A stretch of DNA of 64,000 nt from Narcine bancroftii (Eukaryota), in contig NC_091471.1 of assembly GCF_036971445.1 (NCBI RefSeq), positions 333,064,001 through 333,128,000 of the forward strand. The letters are read 5' to 3'. Under the pieces are notes generated by a model. That model did not search any database, was not told the DNA's origin, and saw only the letters and a program-made list of their open reading frames with translations. Positions 25,411 through 38,239 of this stretch are shown piece after piece (the stretch's first letter is position 1; each line of letters opens with the position of its first letter). A program made the position numbers and the translations under genes.

Positions 25411-27368
25411 TTCAATATTGATGTGATCTACCATCATCATTAGGTGCTTTCAAACTGCCTTGTAAAATGGGGTTAACTGGAAAATTTGCTCGGTTAGCAC
25501 CTCACTCACAAGGCAGCTTGAAAGGGTCGGACCCAGTCAGCATCATCCAAAGTCAACCAGGTCCCTGCCCTTCTATGGAGGTAGTCAGGGAACCCAGTTA
25601 AACATACCCAGATGTGTCAACCGGAGGTTTGAACAGCAAAATGGCCGGTCTGGTTACTCCTGTGACATCATTGCTTACATGCTGGCATCACAGGGAAACC
25701 CTGGCTGAAGTTTCTGTGGTGATCGGGGAGAGGGGGGGGTGAGAGAAGGGTCCCTGCCAGGGCCAGAAGTTGAGGTGGGGGGGGGGGGGAGTGCCACAAT
25801 CAGCGGGAGGGGTCACTGCCACAGAGGCAGAGGGGTCAGCTGCCGCGGGGTGGGGAGAGGGTGATTGACAGTGGGAGAGAGACTGACAGCTGGTGAGGGG
25901 GAGACTAGTTTGCGTGACACGGGTTGGCGATTTACTGGGGCTATCCCTCCTCAGTTTAAAAGGTGCTGGAGGGCGACTTGGATGCTGCATCTTAAAAACC
26001 AACTATTGTCTGAAGAGGGCGCGCAAAATCATTGAAGTCCTCTTCTACCCTGCACACAGCATCTTTCAGCTGGTCCTGTCGGGGAAGAGATACAAGAATA
26101 TCAGAGCCAGTACCACCAGGCTGAGGAACAGCTTCTTTCCACAGTCATTGAGACTGCTGAACGACCAAAGGAACTGCTCTCACTAACCATCCAAGAATCT
26201 AATTTTACTACACAATATTTATTTATTTTTATGTATACATTGGTCCTGTAGATGCATTGTCTGTATGTGTGATGTGTCTGGTTGTGTACTTGCATGAGCC
26301 TATATGACTGAAGGACATGGTTTCATCAGGTTGTACTCGTGCAATTGGATGATAATAAACTTGAACTTAACAATCACATTATCCAAGATATTGATGGCAA
26401 GGAGCCCTGCAAATGTCAGAGCCAATTAATGTGAAAGATGAAGTGGTTGACATTTATTTTGCGAGGGATAACCAGCCATCTCCAACTTTAAATTACAATG
26501 CCATTGCAAAGCCCCCCCCTCCAGCAACAGCTGGGGAGACCACCAATGAAAAGTCATTAATCTGTGACAGATATGGGTATCCAGTAGAACTGGCTCACCT
26601 TACAGCACACCAAGGACTTGGCAGCCCCAGCAAGCCACAGATCACGAGTACAACGGAATGTTCTCCACCTACCTGGACGAGACAGGCGGAGAACATTTTC
26701 AAGAAACTCAGTGCCCTCGGTAACAAAAACACAATGCTGGAGAAACTCAGCAGGTCAAGCAGCGTACTTTGTATTAGGGTTGCCGTTCCAAAGGAGGACA
26801 TGGTCAGGTTACTATATCACACACACACACACACACAGTGCTTGCATTTGTTGTTTTGCAATACCATTTAATTTCAACAGTTTTGCAAAAATAACAAATG
26901 GCCACCCTACTTCATGTAGCAGAAGCCCCTTTTCCTCTGGGACAGGGTCCAGTGGAAAAGAAACACTGCCCGAACGCCGGGGATTAAACGCCTCTACCCC
27001 TATTCAAATCCCCGGCGTTTGCTGATGAAACCAGTGGAAAAGGGACAGCAGAAAGTCACCCGTTTCCATTTGAAGGTAGAACACTCCGATCCCCGGGGAT
27101 GAGTTGTGCCCCAGTTAAGGGTGGCCCAGGGGGAAAAGCACAAAGGGCCTCCCATCCCCGGGACACCGCACAGCCAATTAACGGATGCCAGTGGGAAAGG
27201 GGCTGCAGGTGAAGGTGCATCACCGGTGTTTGGGCCTGAGCCCTTCATCAAGGTGTGAGCAGGCGCCAACGCTGGACCTGGATGCAGAGCCTCACGGCTC
27301 CGTCACCTCATACCGGCGAGGCCAGGACTCCGGGTAAATGGGCCACATTTAACACCGACTATTCTCAC

Positions 27369-27420
27369 CTCTCTCTCCGGCTACTCGTCAGAGACCGACT
27401 CCTGGCTCCACCAAGGGCGC
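27369..27420 (-). other. ATP5PD: probable non-coding exon 1 of ATP5PD (5' end approximate)
   Basis: Donor AG|gtgaga at 27369/27368 in the CpG island head-to-head with KCTD2. Exon 2 has an acceptor upstream of the ATG, so an upstream exon is required. Confidence 0.65.
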
Positions 27421-27493
27421 AAAGATGGCGCCCCGGAAGCGGAAATACGTCGGCCTTCCGGCTCCGCGCACTGTTTCCGGAAATGGCGGCGTG
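27400..27493. promoter_or_regulatory. bidirectional ATP5PD/KCTD2 CpG-island promoter
   Basis: ETS/GABP cores on both strands (ccggaag, cggaaat, cttccgg, ttccggaa) and YY1-like aagatggcg / aaatggcggc between divergent first exons. Confidence 0.8.
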
Positions 27494-27697
27494 ATGGCGG
27501 AGCGGCAGAGTGCGGGAGTGGCGTCTGCAGCGGCGGGCGCCAACTCCCTCGGGCACAGCGACAAGCCCGTCAACAAGTGGGTGCGGCTGAACGTGGGCGG
27601 CACCTACTTCATCAGCACCAAACAGACCCTGTGCCGCGACCCCAAGTCCTTCCTGTGCCGCCTGTGCCAGGAGGACCCGGACCTGGACTCGGACAAG
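27494..27697 (+). CDS. KCTD2: BTB/POZ domain protein KCTD2, exon 1
   Basis: MAERQSAG...[41 protein letters not shown], donor AAG|gtaagg. Start chosen by analogy to the MAE- N-terminus; an in-frame ATG also exists at 27425. Confidence 0.92.
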
Positions 27698-27949
27698 GTA
27701 AGGTGGCAGGGCCTGGGGCCCGGCGCGGGCACCGCTCGTCTCGGCCGTCGCCATGGAGATGAACCATCGCGCCCGTCTCCATAGTGATTAGTCTCCTCGT
27801 CTGGGCCACGCTGAGCTCCCAGGCCATGTCTCTCAACAGTGTCTGGAAGGCCCAGTGACCGCCCTCACCTGGACGTCTCCATGGTGAGCGACAATCCCAG
27901 CCAGCCCCAGTAATTGGTGGACTCGCCCCAGGGAAGGAGGGAAGAGGTA

Positions 27950-29480
27950 CAGGTCAGAGTTATTATCACATACAACCCTGAGATTCTTTTTCCTGCAGCC
28001 AGGCAGAATTACCACTTAATGGTCGTGCAAACAAAGAACTGTAAACAGGTAATGAATGTAAACAAGCTGACTGTGCAATAGAGAGAGAAAATAAAAAGGA
28101 AAATCAATAAAGTGATTGAGCTTGTCATTGAGGGGGTCTGGTGGTGGAGGGGGAGCAGCTGTTCCTGAGCCTGGTGGCGCGAGTCTTATGGCACCCATGC
28201 CTCTTTCCTGACGGCAGCAGCGAGAGCAGAGCGTGTGCTGGGTGACAAGGGTCTTTGATGATCGCTCCTGCTCTCCGACGGTGGCGTTCCCTGTAGATGT
28301 TCTCGATAGCTGGACGGGCTTTGCCTGTGATGTTCCACTATCTTTTGGAGTTCTTTACGCTCTGGTGTCCCCATGCCAGACCGTGATGCAGCCGGTCAGC
28401 ACACTGTACCTCTGTAGGAATTTGCCCAGGTTTCTGGTGTCGTACCAAACCTCCGGAAACACCTGAGGAAGTAAAGGCACTGACGTGCTTTCTTCATGAT
28501 GCTATTGGTGTGTTGGGTCTAGGAAAGATCCTCTGAGATAGTGACTCTTTTTCAAACTTTTTATTGGTTTTTGAGAAAATAATATCAAATTCATAAATAC
28601 ATATGATATAAAGTTCAGGTAAATGTAAATTAAAATTAGAGATAGTAAACAATGGTAAACAAGATACAAGTGATCCATGTTGTCAATTAAAAAAAAAGAA
28701 AAGAAAAAAAACTATATCTAATCTAGTTTCTAACCCCAACCTATTATCTTTGAGTGATTACAATCAGAACCAGGCATCAATTAGTAATTTAAATATTTCA
28801 TAAAATGAAAAGCAAAAATAATTGATCTATAAATTTTGAAAATATTTGAAAAAGATCCCCAAAGAGAAAAAAAATGTAATATTCATTTTAGTAATTGAGC
28901 ACCTAATTTTCTCTAGAGGGATGCCATTAAATCCATTTACCATTGTGTATGCATGGGAGGGACAACATCTTTCCACCGCAGCAAAATGAGCCTCTAGCAA
29001 TCAGGGAAGCAAAAGCAACCATATGGGATTAAGATTGATATAGTGTCTCTCAAGAACTTAAATTTGTCACCCTCTCCGCCTTTGATTCCCTCTGGTTTTC
29101 CTTTCCTGGTCAATAATCAGCTCCTTAGTTTTGGTGACATTGAGTGCAAGGTTGTTGTTGGTGCACTATTCAGCCAAGTTTTCAATCTCCCTCCTGTATG
29201 CTGGCTCATCACGTATCTTTAAACAACTTCACTACTGTGGTATCGTCAGCAAATTCGTACAAGATTCGCACCACCAGGTTTAGGAACAACTGCTCCCCCT
29301 CCACCATCAGACTCCTCAACAACAAACTCAATCAGGGACTCATTTAAGGGCTCTTACTTTTGCAATTTGTTGATTTTTTTTTTCTCTCTGTATTGCAAGT
29401 TAGTTTGTTAACATTTCTTTATTTGTGTACAGTTTTTTTTTTCCACACTGCCTGGCTCACAGGAAAAAGAATATCAGGGT
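27950..29480 (-). mobile_element. Rex1/Babar fragments (mixed orientation) with a nested L1-like 3' end (~28548-29035)
   Basis: Rex1 C-terminal motifs on minus; T-rich L1 tail flanked by atagtg(a/t)ctct; a plus-strand Rex1 tail from ~29255. Confidence 0.6.
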
Positions 29481-29910
29481 AAAACACGAAAGTCTGCAGA
29501 CACCGTGATTGAAGTAAAAACAATTCTGGAGAAACTCAGCAGGTTAAACAGTGTCCTTTATATAGCAAAGATAAAAATATATAACCAACGTTTCGGCCTT
29601 GAGCCCTTCAGCAAGGTATGGAAAAATGTTGGTGGATGTTTGAACAAAATGGGTGGGAGGGAGGGGAAGAGCATGGCAGGAGATAATAGGTGGAGGAGGG
29701 AGGGCACAGCAGCAAGCAGGGGGAGGAGGAATGCTGGGTGAATAGAGAGGGAAGGGGGTAGAGAGCTAAGGAAAAGAAGACAGGGGAAGAGAAGGGAGGG
29801 GAAAGGAGAGCAGGTTAGCAGAAATTGGAGAAGTCATAGTTAATGCTAGCCAGCTGTAGAGAGTGCCCAGAGAGTTAATGCCATCCGGCAGGAGAGAACC
29901 CAGACAGAAA
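29480..29910 (-). mobile_element. Penelope-like element 3' region with a hammerhead-like motif
   Basis: Same tail as the GIY-YIG-bearing copies at 50340 and 54310; motif at 29582-29620. Confidence 0.7.
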
Positions 29911-32900
29911 CTCAGGGTTGAATATGATGTCATGTATGTTCTCTGACAATAAAGCTGAAATCTGATGAATGGTTGACCTGCTAAGCCTGTTGTCATTGTG
30001 ATTAATGTGGTGATTCATTTCTTTTGCAACAGAGTAGTTGGAAGGATTTGGGTCAGGCAGCATCCACGGAGAGAATCAGCCAATGTTTCCAGCTGGGCTT
30101 CATCATCAGAGCTGTTATGAATGGGACAAAAGGTTTTCACAGGGAAGGCCTCCATTTATTGTCTGTCCCAAAGCGCCCTTGAGAAGCTGGTGGAGGGCTG
30201 TTGCCTTCTTGTACTGGTGAAGGAGCTCCAACACTGCTATTTGGGAGGGGGTTTGACCCAGCAGCGACGACCAGAGATGTACTTCCAAATCACAATGGAT
30301 GCCACTTGGGGCATCGTCGTGTTCTTGCTGCCTAAATCATAGGGGTCTGGAGTTTGGAAAGGACTATCGCTGGTGCTTCAGTGAGTTGCTCGGGTATATC
30401 TTGTAGATAGTATTCACTCCAGTCACGTTGTGTTTGGAACAGCTTACCAATCAAGCAGGCTGATTTTATACTGTATAATGCCACGTGGGTATTCCTGGAC
30501 TCCATCACTCCAGCCATTTCAGGGTGATCCCTTGTTGGCTGCTGGTGAGACACAAAAATCACCTGCTGCAGGTTCTCAACCTGAAACATTGGCTATCTCT
30601 CCCTTCTCCAATGCTGCTTAACCTGCTGACTTCATCCAGCAATATGTTGTCCCCCTAGTTTCCAGCATCTACTGCCTCTGGTGTCTCCAGCAAACTTCTG
30701 ATCTGCACCTGTACCTGTTGTGCTTTTGGGATTGTCCCAGTTAAATTTCTCATCAGTAGTGACTCTTAAGGCAGTGATGGCATGACTACGGTTCATGTCA
30801 TAGTTCATTAGAGTGGATCCTTGCACTTAACAGATAAGTCTTAACATCTTACTGCATGCAAGGATAGAATGGACTTCATCATCGGAGCTGTTATGAATGG
30901 GACAAAGGTTGTGGAATTAGGATGGAGGCAAAGTCATTGATGTGGCAGATGAAGGGGCTGTTTCTAAAATAGTCCTGCAGCAACATCCTGAACCTGAGAT
31001 CATTGGTCTCCTTGAACTATAACTGTTTCATTTTGTGACTAAATTTTCCTGGCGACTTCAGTTTCACAAGGACCACTTTGATGTCACTCTTTCATTCAAT
31101 TAAATATACTTTGTAATCTTAGCTGATTTTTGTTGAGTTTTTTTTTTCAAAGTGCCTGCTCAGCTGCAACAAGTAAGAATTTTGGTACACTCAACAATGT
31201 ACATAGCAATAAATTCATTATTATTAAATTGTCCCTTCAGGTCAGTTATTCTCACATCACCTCTTGAAGTCATCTGTTTGACCAAAAGGTCCAGATTTTG
31301 AAGCGGTCACTTGTATCACTCCAGTCATCAACAACCCATCTTTTCACCTCAGTGATTAATACCAGCCCATCTCCGGGATGCCATCTGCCTGTCTCAGCAT
31401 TGGTTATTCAACCTTCCTTGTCAATGATCAACAGATCTGCCCTTCACCCTGATTATTGAAGATCTCTGCCTTGCCATTTAAGTTACTGAGTGCTCGGGCC
31501 ATTGACCCAAGCATGTAAGAGTTCAAATCCCACAGGACAGCTTGGAGAATTTGAATTCAGAGGAAGAAATATGCCTTGCCTTACGCACTCTGCTCTGTGT
31601 TTGAGCGCAGACTCACCGGTATGGGTGGTTCTTAACTGCATGTTCGGATCAATCAGGAATGGCCTGGTGTTACCAATGACATCTACGCCAATTGAATCGG
31701 TACTTTTTAAATATTCCTCCTTTGATCCAGACCATGAGATTATTAATAATACCCATTTTTCTGATGATTAGTAATTCTGCCTCATAGGTGATAGGAACAT
31801 GCTGGTGGGTCAGTGTTCACAACATCTATCTCTGACGATCGGTGATCTCACACTTCTCGATCAGTGACCAATAATCATGCCTATTACACAGGTGATCAAT
31901 GATACCTTTCATTCCCATAATCGTAAATCAACTTGTTTGTCTCTGTGATGGATATTTCTAATCCACATCAACTCCATTTTCCATACCTCAATGAAGGGCT
32001 CTAGCCCGAAACATTGGTTATGTATTTTTACCTTCGCTGTATAAAGTACACCGTTGAGTGTCGCCAGCATTTTGTGTTTTTACTTCAACCATGGTCTCTG
32101 CAGAGTTTACTCTGAAATCTCTTCGAGGGATGCCTACCCTGAAGAAGTTCACCTTTGCTCTCCAGAGTTTCGTGGGATTCTCTCTTACTGATCATCTCCT
32201 GCCTTTGTGACCACCCTTCCCCCATCCAACTCTTTTGTTCAGATGCCTCCCGCCATGTTTTCATACCTCGGTGAAGGGTTCGAGCCTGAAATGTCGGTAA
32301 TGTATTTTTACCTTTGTTATATAAAGGACTCTGTCAGCTCACCCGTCGGAGTGCTACTGGTAACATGTAACCCAGTACTACCTGTCGCACGGTTAGGTGG
32401 TTGGTGACTAAACCGGCTCCCCTACCAGACTTGTCTAGTATGGAGAGTGCGTAGGTACCCTGCAGGATGAAAACAAGACATGACAAAGGGTGATCGATCA
32501 CTCTCGTAGGGTCAACGGCCACCTAGCAAACATGCGTCATGAAGTGCGGAAAGGACATTCCTTGCATCGAAGCTTGGTCTGTGGCCATTCACTGCCACAG
32601 CACTTCCCCCACCCCCCCCCCCCCCCACCCCCACCCCCAGCCGACTTGGAACTCAACATGCTACTGGATCCAGGGAGGGGATGTTGAGAGGGTGGATCTG
32701 TACCTGTGCAAACCCCAACTCACCTGAAACTATTCACGCACACGCTGCTCCTTTCTGAGGAGTGGGGTTTCCTCATATCAAACCCCAGAAACTGACTGAA
32801 AGAAGCCATCATCATCATCCCATGGGATGGACGGCCAGAAGATTATGAAGGACACTGTTTGACCTGCTGAGTTTCTCCAGCCTTGTGTTTTTACTTCAGT

Positions 32901-35900
32901 CTCGGTGTTTGCAGACTTTCGTGTTTTACTTCTACCAACTCCATGGTGATGAGTATTCCCATTCCTCACTATGGTCCTGAGGGATTTCACCTATATAATT
33001 AATAATGCAGACCACCTATGATCTTGTATGACTTTGTGGTTATGATCAATCCCTCCCAAATTCAGGTGAGCCAAATGGTCGACACAGTTGGCATAGCAGT
33101 TAACACAACGCTGTAACAGTGCCAGCAACCGAGACCGGGGTTCAAATCCTGTGCTGTCTGTAAGGAGTTTTTATGTTCTCCCAACGTCTGTGTGGATTTT
33201 TCCTGGAGCCTCTAGTTTCCTCTCACTGTTCAAGCTAATTGGGTGTAATTGGACGACACAGGCTCATGTAACCGTGCTGTATGTCTAAATTTAAAAAGTA
33301 AATATAGGCTGTTAATAATGTTGACTTGATAACCACTGCAATTAAGAACCTCATCTAATTGCTAAATGATGATGTGAGGAAAACCCTTCAGAAATGATAA
33401 CGTTGTTCCAAAGTCACCTGCTCCTCTCAAGTACGCTTTGATAATCACATATCATGTGTCAAGCTGCTCTTATGGTGTCTGAGGGCATGATATTTTCTGT
33501 CGGGATTGTCTCATTCGGACCAATGTTATTTTTGCCTCTGGTTAAGAATGAGGGAGAGCTGCTAGAAGCAAATGACTCAATTGCAAAGCAATGAGAGTGA
33601 TTGGCTTGGGTGCTGTCGATGTGGAATTTGCACATTCTCCCGGTGTCTCGTGGGCTTTCTCCAGGGGCTCTGGTTTCGTTCCACATCCCAAAGACACGGG
33701 TTAGTCGGTAAGTTGCCTGTAGTCTGTAGAAATGGTAGAATTCTGCGAAGAGATGACAAGAATGTGGGAGGGATTAGTGCAAATGGGTGTTGATGGTTAG
33801 CACAGGCTGGGTGGCCAAGGGCCTGTTTCCTCCTTGTATCTTTTTTTAGGCATATAGCATGGTAACAGGCCTTTCTGGCCCATGAGCCTGTGCCTCACAA
33901 AGACCAATTAAGCTACATATGTTTTTCAGTATTGGGAGAAAGCGGAGTACCCAGAGAAAACCCATGCAGACACAGAGAAAGCGTACAAACTCGTTACAGA
34001 CGGTGGCGGAATCAAACCCCGGTCCCTAGCGCTGTAATAGTGCTCCGCTAACTGCCGTGTTGCCCTCTTTTTGACTGAAAGACTCAAGTTTAGAACGAAG
34101 AACTGTAACTTGCATGGAATTGCATTTTGCACGAATTGCAGGGAAAGGAAGAAATAACATTAAATAATGTATTTGGGATTGTCTGCACCACTTGCTCATC
34201 TTTCATTTATTCTGAAGTGTTTCCTTGGCAGAACTCTGTTTAAGTTATTGATTTAATATTCAGATGGTAAATTTAAATAAATTTGGTTTTTAAAAAAAAA
34301 CTGGATGTTAGCATTGGTGACTGTGAAGTTGCTGGATTGCTCCGAACCAAACATCACTTTCATTAACATGACAGTTGCTATCCTCCAGCAACTCCAGAAT
34401 CTGTAGAATTTTAGATGGAGTTCACTGTCTGTTAATACGCATCTTTTAAAACTGGATGTACATCATTGGGTCCTGGAGAATTACTGGCTTTCTGTCTCGC
34501 ACAACTTCTAACCAGTTAACTTTTTTTAACTAATATTTGTCTCTTTCTGTTCCTCATTCTCACTGAACACTTGGTTCTCGGAGAAATAAATCACTGCACT
34601 TTTCCATTCTATGGCACTAGTACATTTTTAATGTCACGTAAGAAATGTGAAATGCCCGAGAAAGGAGCTGTACTCAACATCAAACTTGTGCTGTCCCTGC
34701 CCTGACCACCTTTGGGAAATGCAGAGAATTTTGCTGCATGACTAACTCACTCACACCCTGGGATTGTTTGATAGGACTATGTCGAGGGAGATTTACCTAA
34801 AATCTAACCTATGCTGTCCCTGCCCCTGGAGTTTTTATTCAACTTCACATTATATCTATCCATATGGTTCTCTCTGGGCTTCAAATTGGAAATCTCAGCA
34901 GAGACAGGATGGGCACAAGGAAGAGCTTCATTGTTACGGGCTGCGGGATCGTCTGTATCGGACCCATGCTTTTGAGCTTTGGGAGTATTATAGAAGGAAC
35001 TTGACTCTGTAGTTTCCTGGTTTGGAATGCTTCAAGGCCTTTACCCAATGACCAGTCTTGAGCCACAGCCTCCACCCAAAAAATTGGCACTATCTTCTCA
35101 CCCCCACACCAGCAGTTTATTTTATGCTTTTGTATGACAATGGGTTCCTAAAAAGCAATGAGTTGCACTCTTCCGCCTTCCAATTCCCTGCCCCTTTAGG
35201 GAAAATAGAACTGACCATCTGCTCACCAAAGCAATAATATAGTCTGATGCAGCTGGCACACTGACCTGTACTTGTCAGTACTGGGTACCATGTTACAGTG
35301 ACAGTCCTGCACTCTGCGCTTCTCTGGTGACACGTTTCTTGTCTTGCCCTCTTTTTGATTATTTTATTTATAAATTTTAAATCACAGTAATAGTTACATT
35401 ACATTCAATTCCAGAATTTCAAAAAATTAGCACATGTATAATCCCACCCATCTCCCCTCCTCCAACCTCTAAGAAAAAAGGAAAAGAAGAAAGATAAAAG
35501 GAAAAACCAGAGGATGCCAAGAAAATAAATCATTTATACCATTGAGTCTGTATTGGAGGTTACCAAGAAGTGAGGTCTTCAGAGATTCTATTAAAGATGC
35601 AAACCCATATTTTGTAAATATGGTCGCCATATTTCCCAAAAGACGTGATATTTATCACGCAGATTATAAATAATCTTTAATGGTATATAGCTGTGAAGTT
35701 CTGCGTGCCATCTTTCCATACCTGTATCTATTTCTGACATCCACGATATTTCAATACATTTCCTAGAAACTGCTAAAGCAATTAGCACAAATTCTGTTTG
35801 ATACATATTACTTGCCCTGTCAAGGAGGAACCTTTCATCAGTTTGTATTGAGACTTGTGTTTTTCCATATTTAAAGTTTTCTCATTCACCACATTCCATA

Positions 35901-35977
35901 TTCAAGACTGAGCCAGGGATTCTGTGAGCCACTTTCACGTTGTCATTGATTTTGTGTTGTGCCTCTCTGTTTTGCAG

Positions 35978-36086
35978 GATGAAACTGGTGCCTATCTCAT
36001 CGACAGAGACCCAAGTTACTTTGGGCCAATCCTCAACTATCTTCGACATGGCAAACTGATCATTAACAAGGACTTGGCGGAGGAGG
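35978..36086 (+). CDS. KCTD2: KCTD2 exon 2
   Basis: 109 nt, cag|...|gtgaga; [36 protein letters not shown](G). Confidence 0.97.
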
Positions 36087-38147
36087 GTGAGAACTGGATA
36101 CCTGATGAATGTTGATGGGGGTTGGCTGGAGAGTACCTCAGAAACTGAAAGCACTCAAGTGGATATTACATTACACTTAATTGACCAGCATGGATTTTTT
36201 AGTTCTAGATGGGCTGTAACATCAAGATAACAGAGACTGAATTAAAAATGTAAGATCCCAGTCCGTTTGGATGTGTGAAATTGTACTAGTTTTCAGTGAT
36301 GAAGTTGCTCTTACTTTGGAATCTTAACAAGTACCAGTGTTAAGTTTGTAGCCACCACGGTACTTTTGACATGCAAACACTTGTATTACAGACCTGTGGA
36401 TCAATGGCAAACATGCACAGAACAAGATCGATCAAATAAATAATCAAAGTAGAACAAACTAAATGCTCAGCAGCAGGCAGTATCTTGAGAGGGAGAGAGA
36501 AGCTGTTAACGTTTTGTCTCAATGGCCTTTCATCGGGAGGCAGGAAGTTAAAAATGAAACAAGTTTGAAGTTGCAGAGATCACAAAGGCAATGTCTAAAA
36601 TAGGATGGAGATCATGAGAGACTGAATGGCCCAAGCTGGCAGCGAGAGTGGTGAAGGCCTGTTGATCACTGCTGCACAGTTTGGTTGAAGTGTAAATAGA
36701 AGGATGGTTGGGGGGGGGGGGGGTGCGGGGGGGAGCTGGACCCATGAATTGCAAAGCACTGCCAATTACTGAAAGTCTGTGAAGAAATGCTGGAAGTACT
36801 CACGAGACAGTGTTTGTTGGGGGAAGGGGGAAGAATAATGGAGGTCCAAAGGTTGAGCAGATCTGGGAATTTCTGAATCGCTGAAATTATGGATAATTTG
36901 GAATGGTTAAATTCAGTGTGGAGGTTTGGGGCTGCAACGTTGGGCTCCATTGGAAGAGTCTAGGAGGCCAAAGGCAGACAAATCAGTAAGTCGGAGTGGG
37001 ATGTCTGCATTTAATTTGTTGTGGCCCCTGATAAAACTGGCCCATTGTGGTGGTAAAATACTACCGCAAATAGATTCATTACAATCCAAAGACCCAAAAC
37101 ATCACTGCAAGAATTCTTCAGGGCAATAGCCAAGGCCCAACTATCTTCAATATCAATGGCCTTCTATGCATTATAAGGTTAGAAGTGTGGGCCTTGGTTA
37201 ATGATCGTGCGATGTTCAATTCCAATCACAACTCCTCAGTGAATGAAATAGCCTGTGTCTGCACGCAGCCCATCTGAAACAGCATCCATCCATGGGTTCA
37301 CAATGGCAGGTGGCAGAAATTATCTTGCTACTCAATCCTGGATTCTGAAAAAATACAATAATCATGTAACTGAAGAGTTGATCTCTGCCAAAGTGGAAAT
37401 GCCTCTCCCATCATGTAGAGCCCAGATGAGACCTGGTTAAGAATATTATTTATGGATCTGGTCTCCCTTTTGCACCAAGAGTCCTGAGTTCTTTGCTTAT
37501 TTTAAAGTCCACTTTATGACTATTATTGTGAAGGCCTGATGAGGAGTTTGTCCCCAAAGTGTGGACAACTAGCCAGCTGAGCAGAGGAAGTATGGCCTGA
37601 ATGCCAGGAGAATGTACATGTTGGATCCCTTGAGCCAGGAGTGCTTTCTGCTCTTTTTTCTTGCCAGCTTTCAATACTTCTTCAGTTGAGTTAAATAAAT
37701 GGAAATATAATGACACAGGAAAAATGTGCTATAAAATTTCAGTCAACATGTTTTTGACTTTGCATTTATCACACGTGCATGATGCTGCCAGACCCAATTT
37801 ACGGTTCTTCCATCAGGAAGTCAATTGCATTGGAAATAATCCGTTAATCCACACTTCAAATAGACAAGACGATTTAAAAAGAATAAGATCCTTTAAGAAC
37901 TGATCTGCTTGGTTCAAGGGAAGGATTTCCAAAGTCATAATAGCTTGAGAGTTTCCAGCATTCTACTTAGGACAGCTTTGCAAAGTGTGATGTTTAGCCA
38001 TGAAAATGTGAGAAAGCTTATAAAGGGTTGGAACTGGGACCAACTGCTAAACTGGTAGGGTTCTTCTTTGAGGTAGTGCTGAGTGGTCACTGGCCAAATA
38101 TTCTAATAGACCAACTGCTTCCTAACCAGTCTTGTGTTTTTATTCAG

Positions 38148-38239
38148 GGGTGCTGGAAGAGGCAGAGTTCTATAACATTGCCTTACTTGTCCGATTGGTG
38201 AAAGAACGTATTCGGGACTTGGAGAATAGGACTTCACAG
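38148..38239 (+). CDS. KCTD2: KCTD2 exon 3
   Basis: 92 nt, cag|...|gtgagg; [30 protein letters not shown]. Confidence 0.97.
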
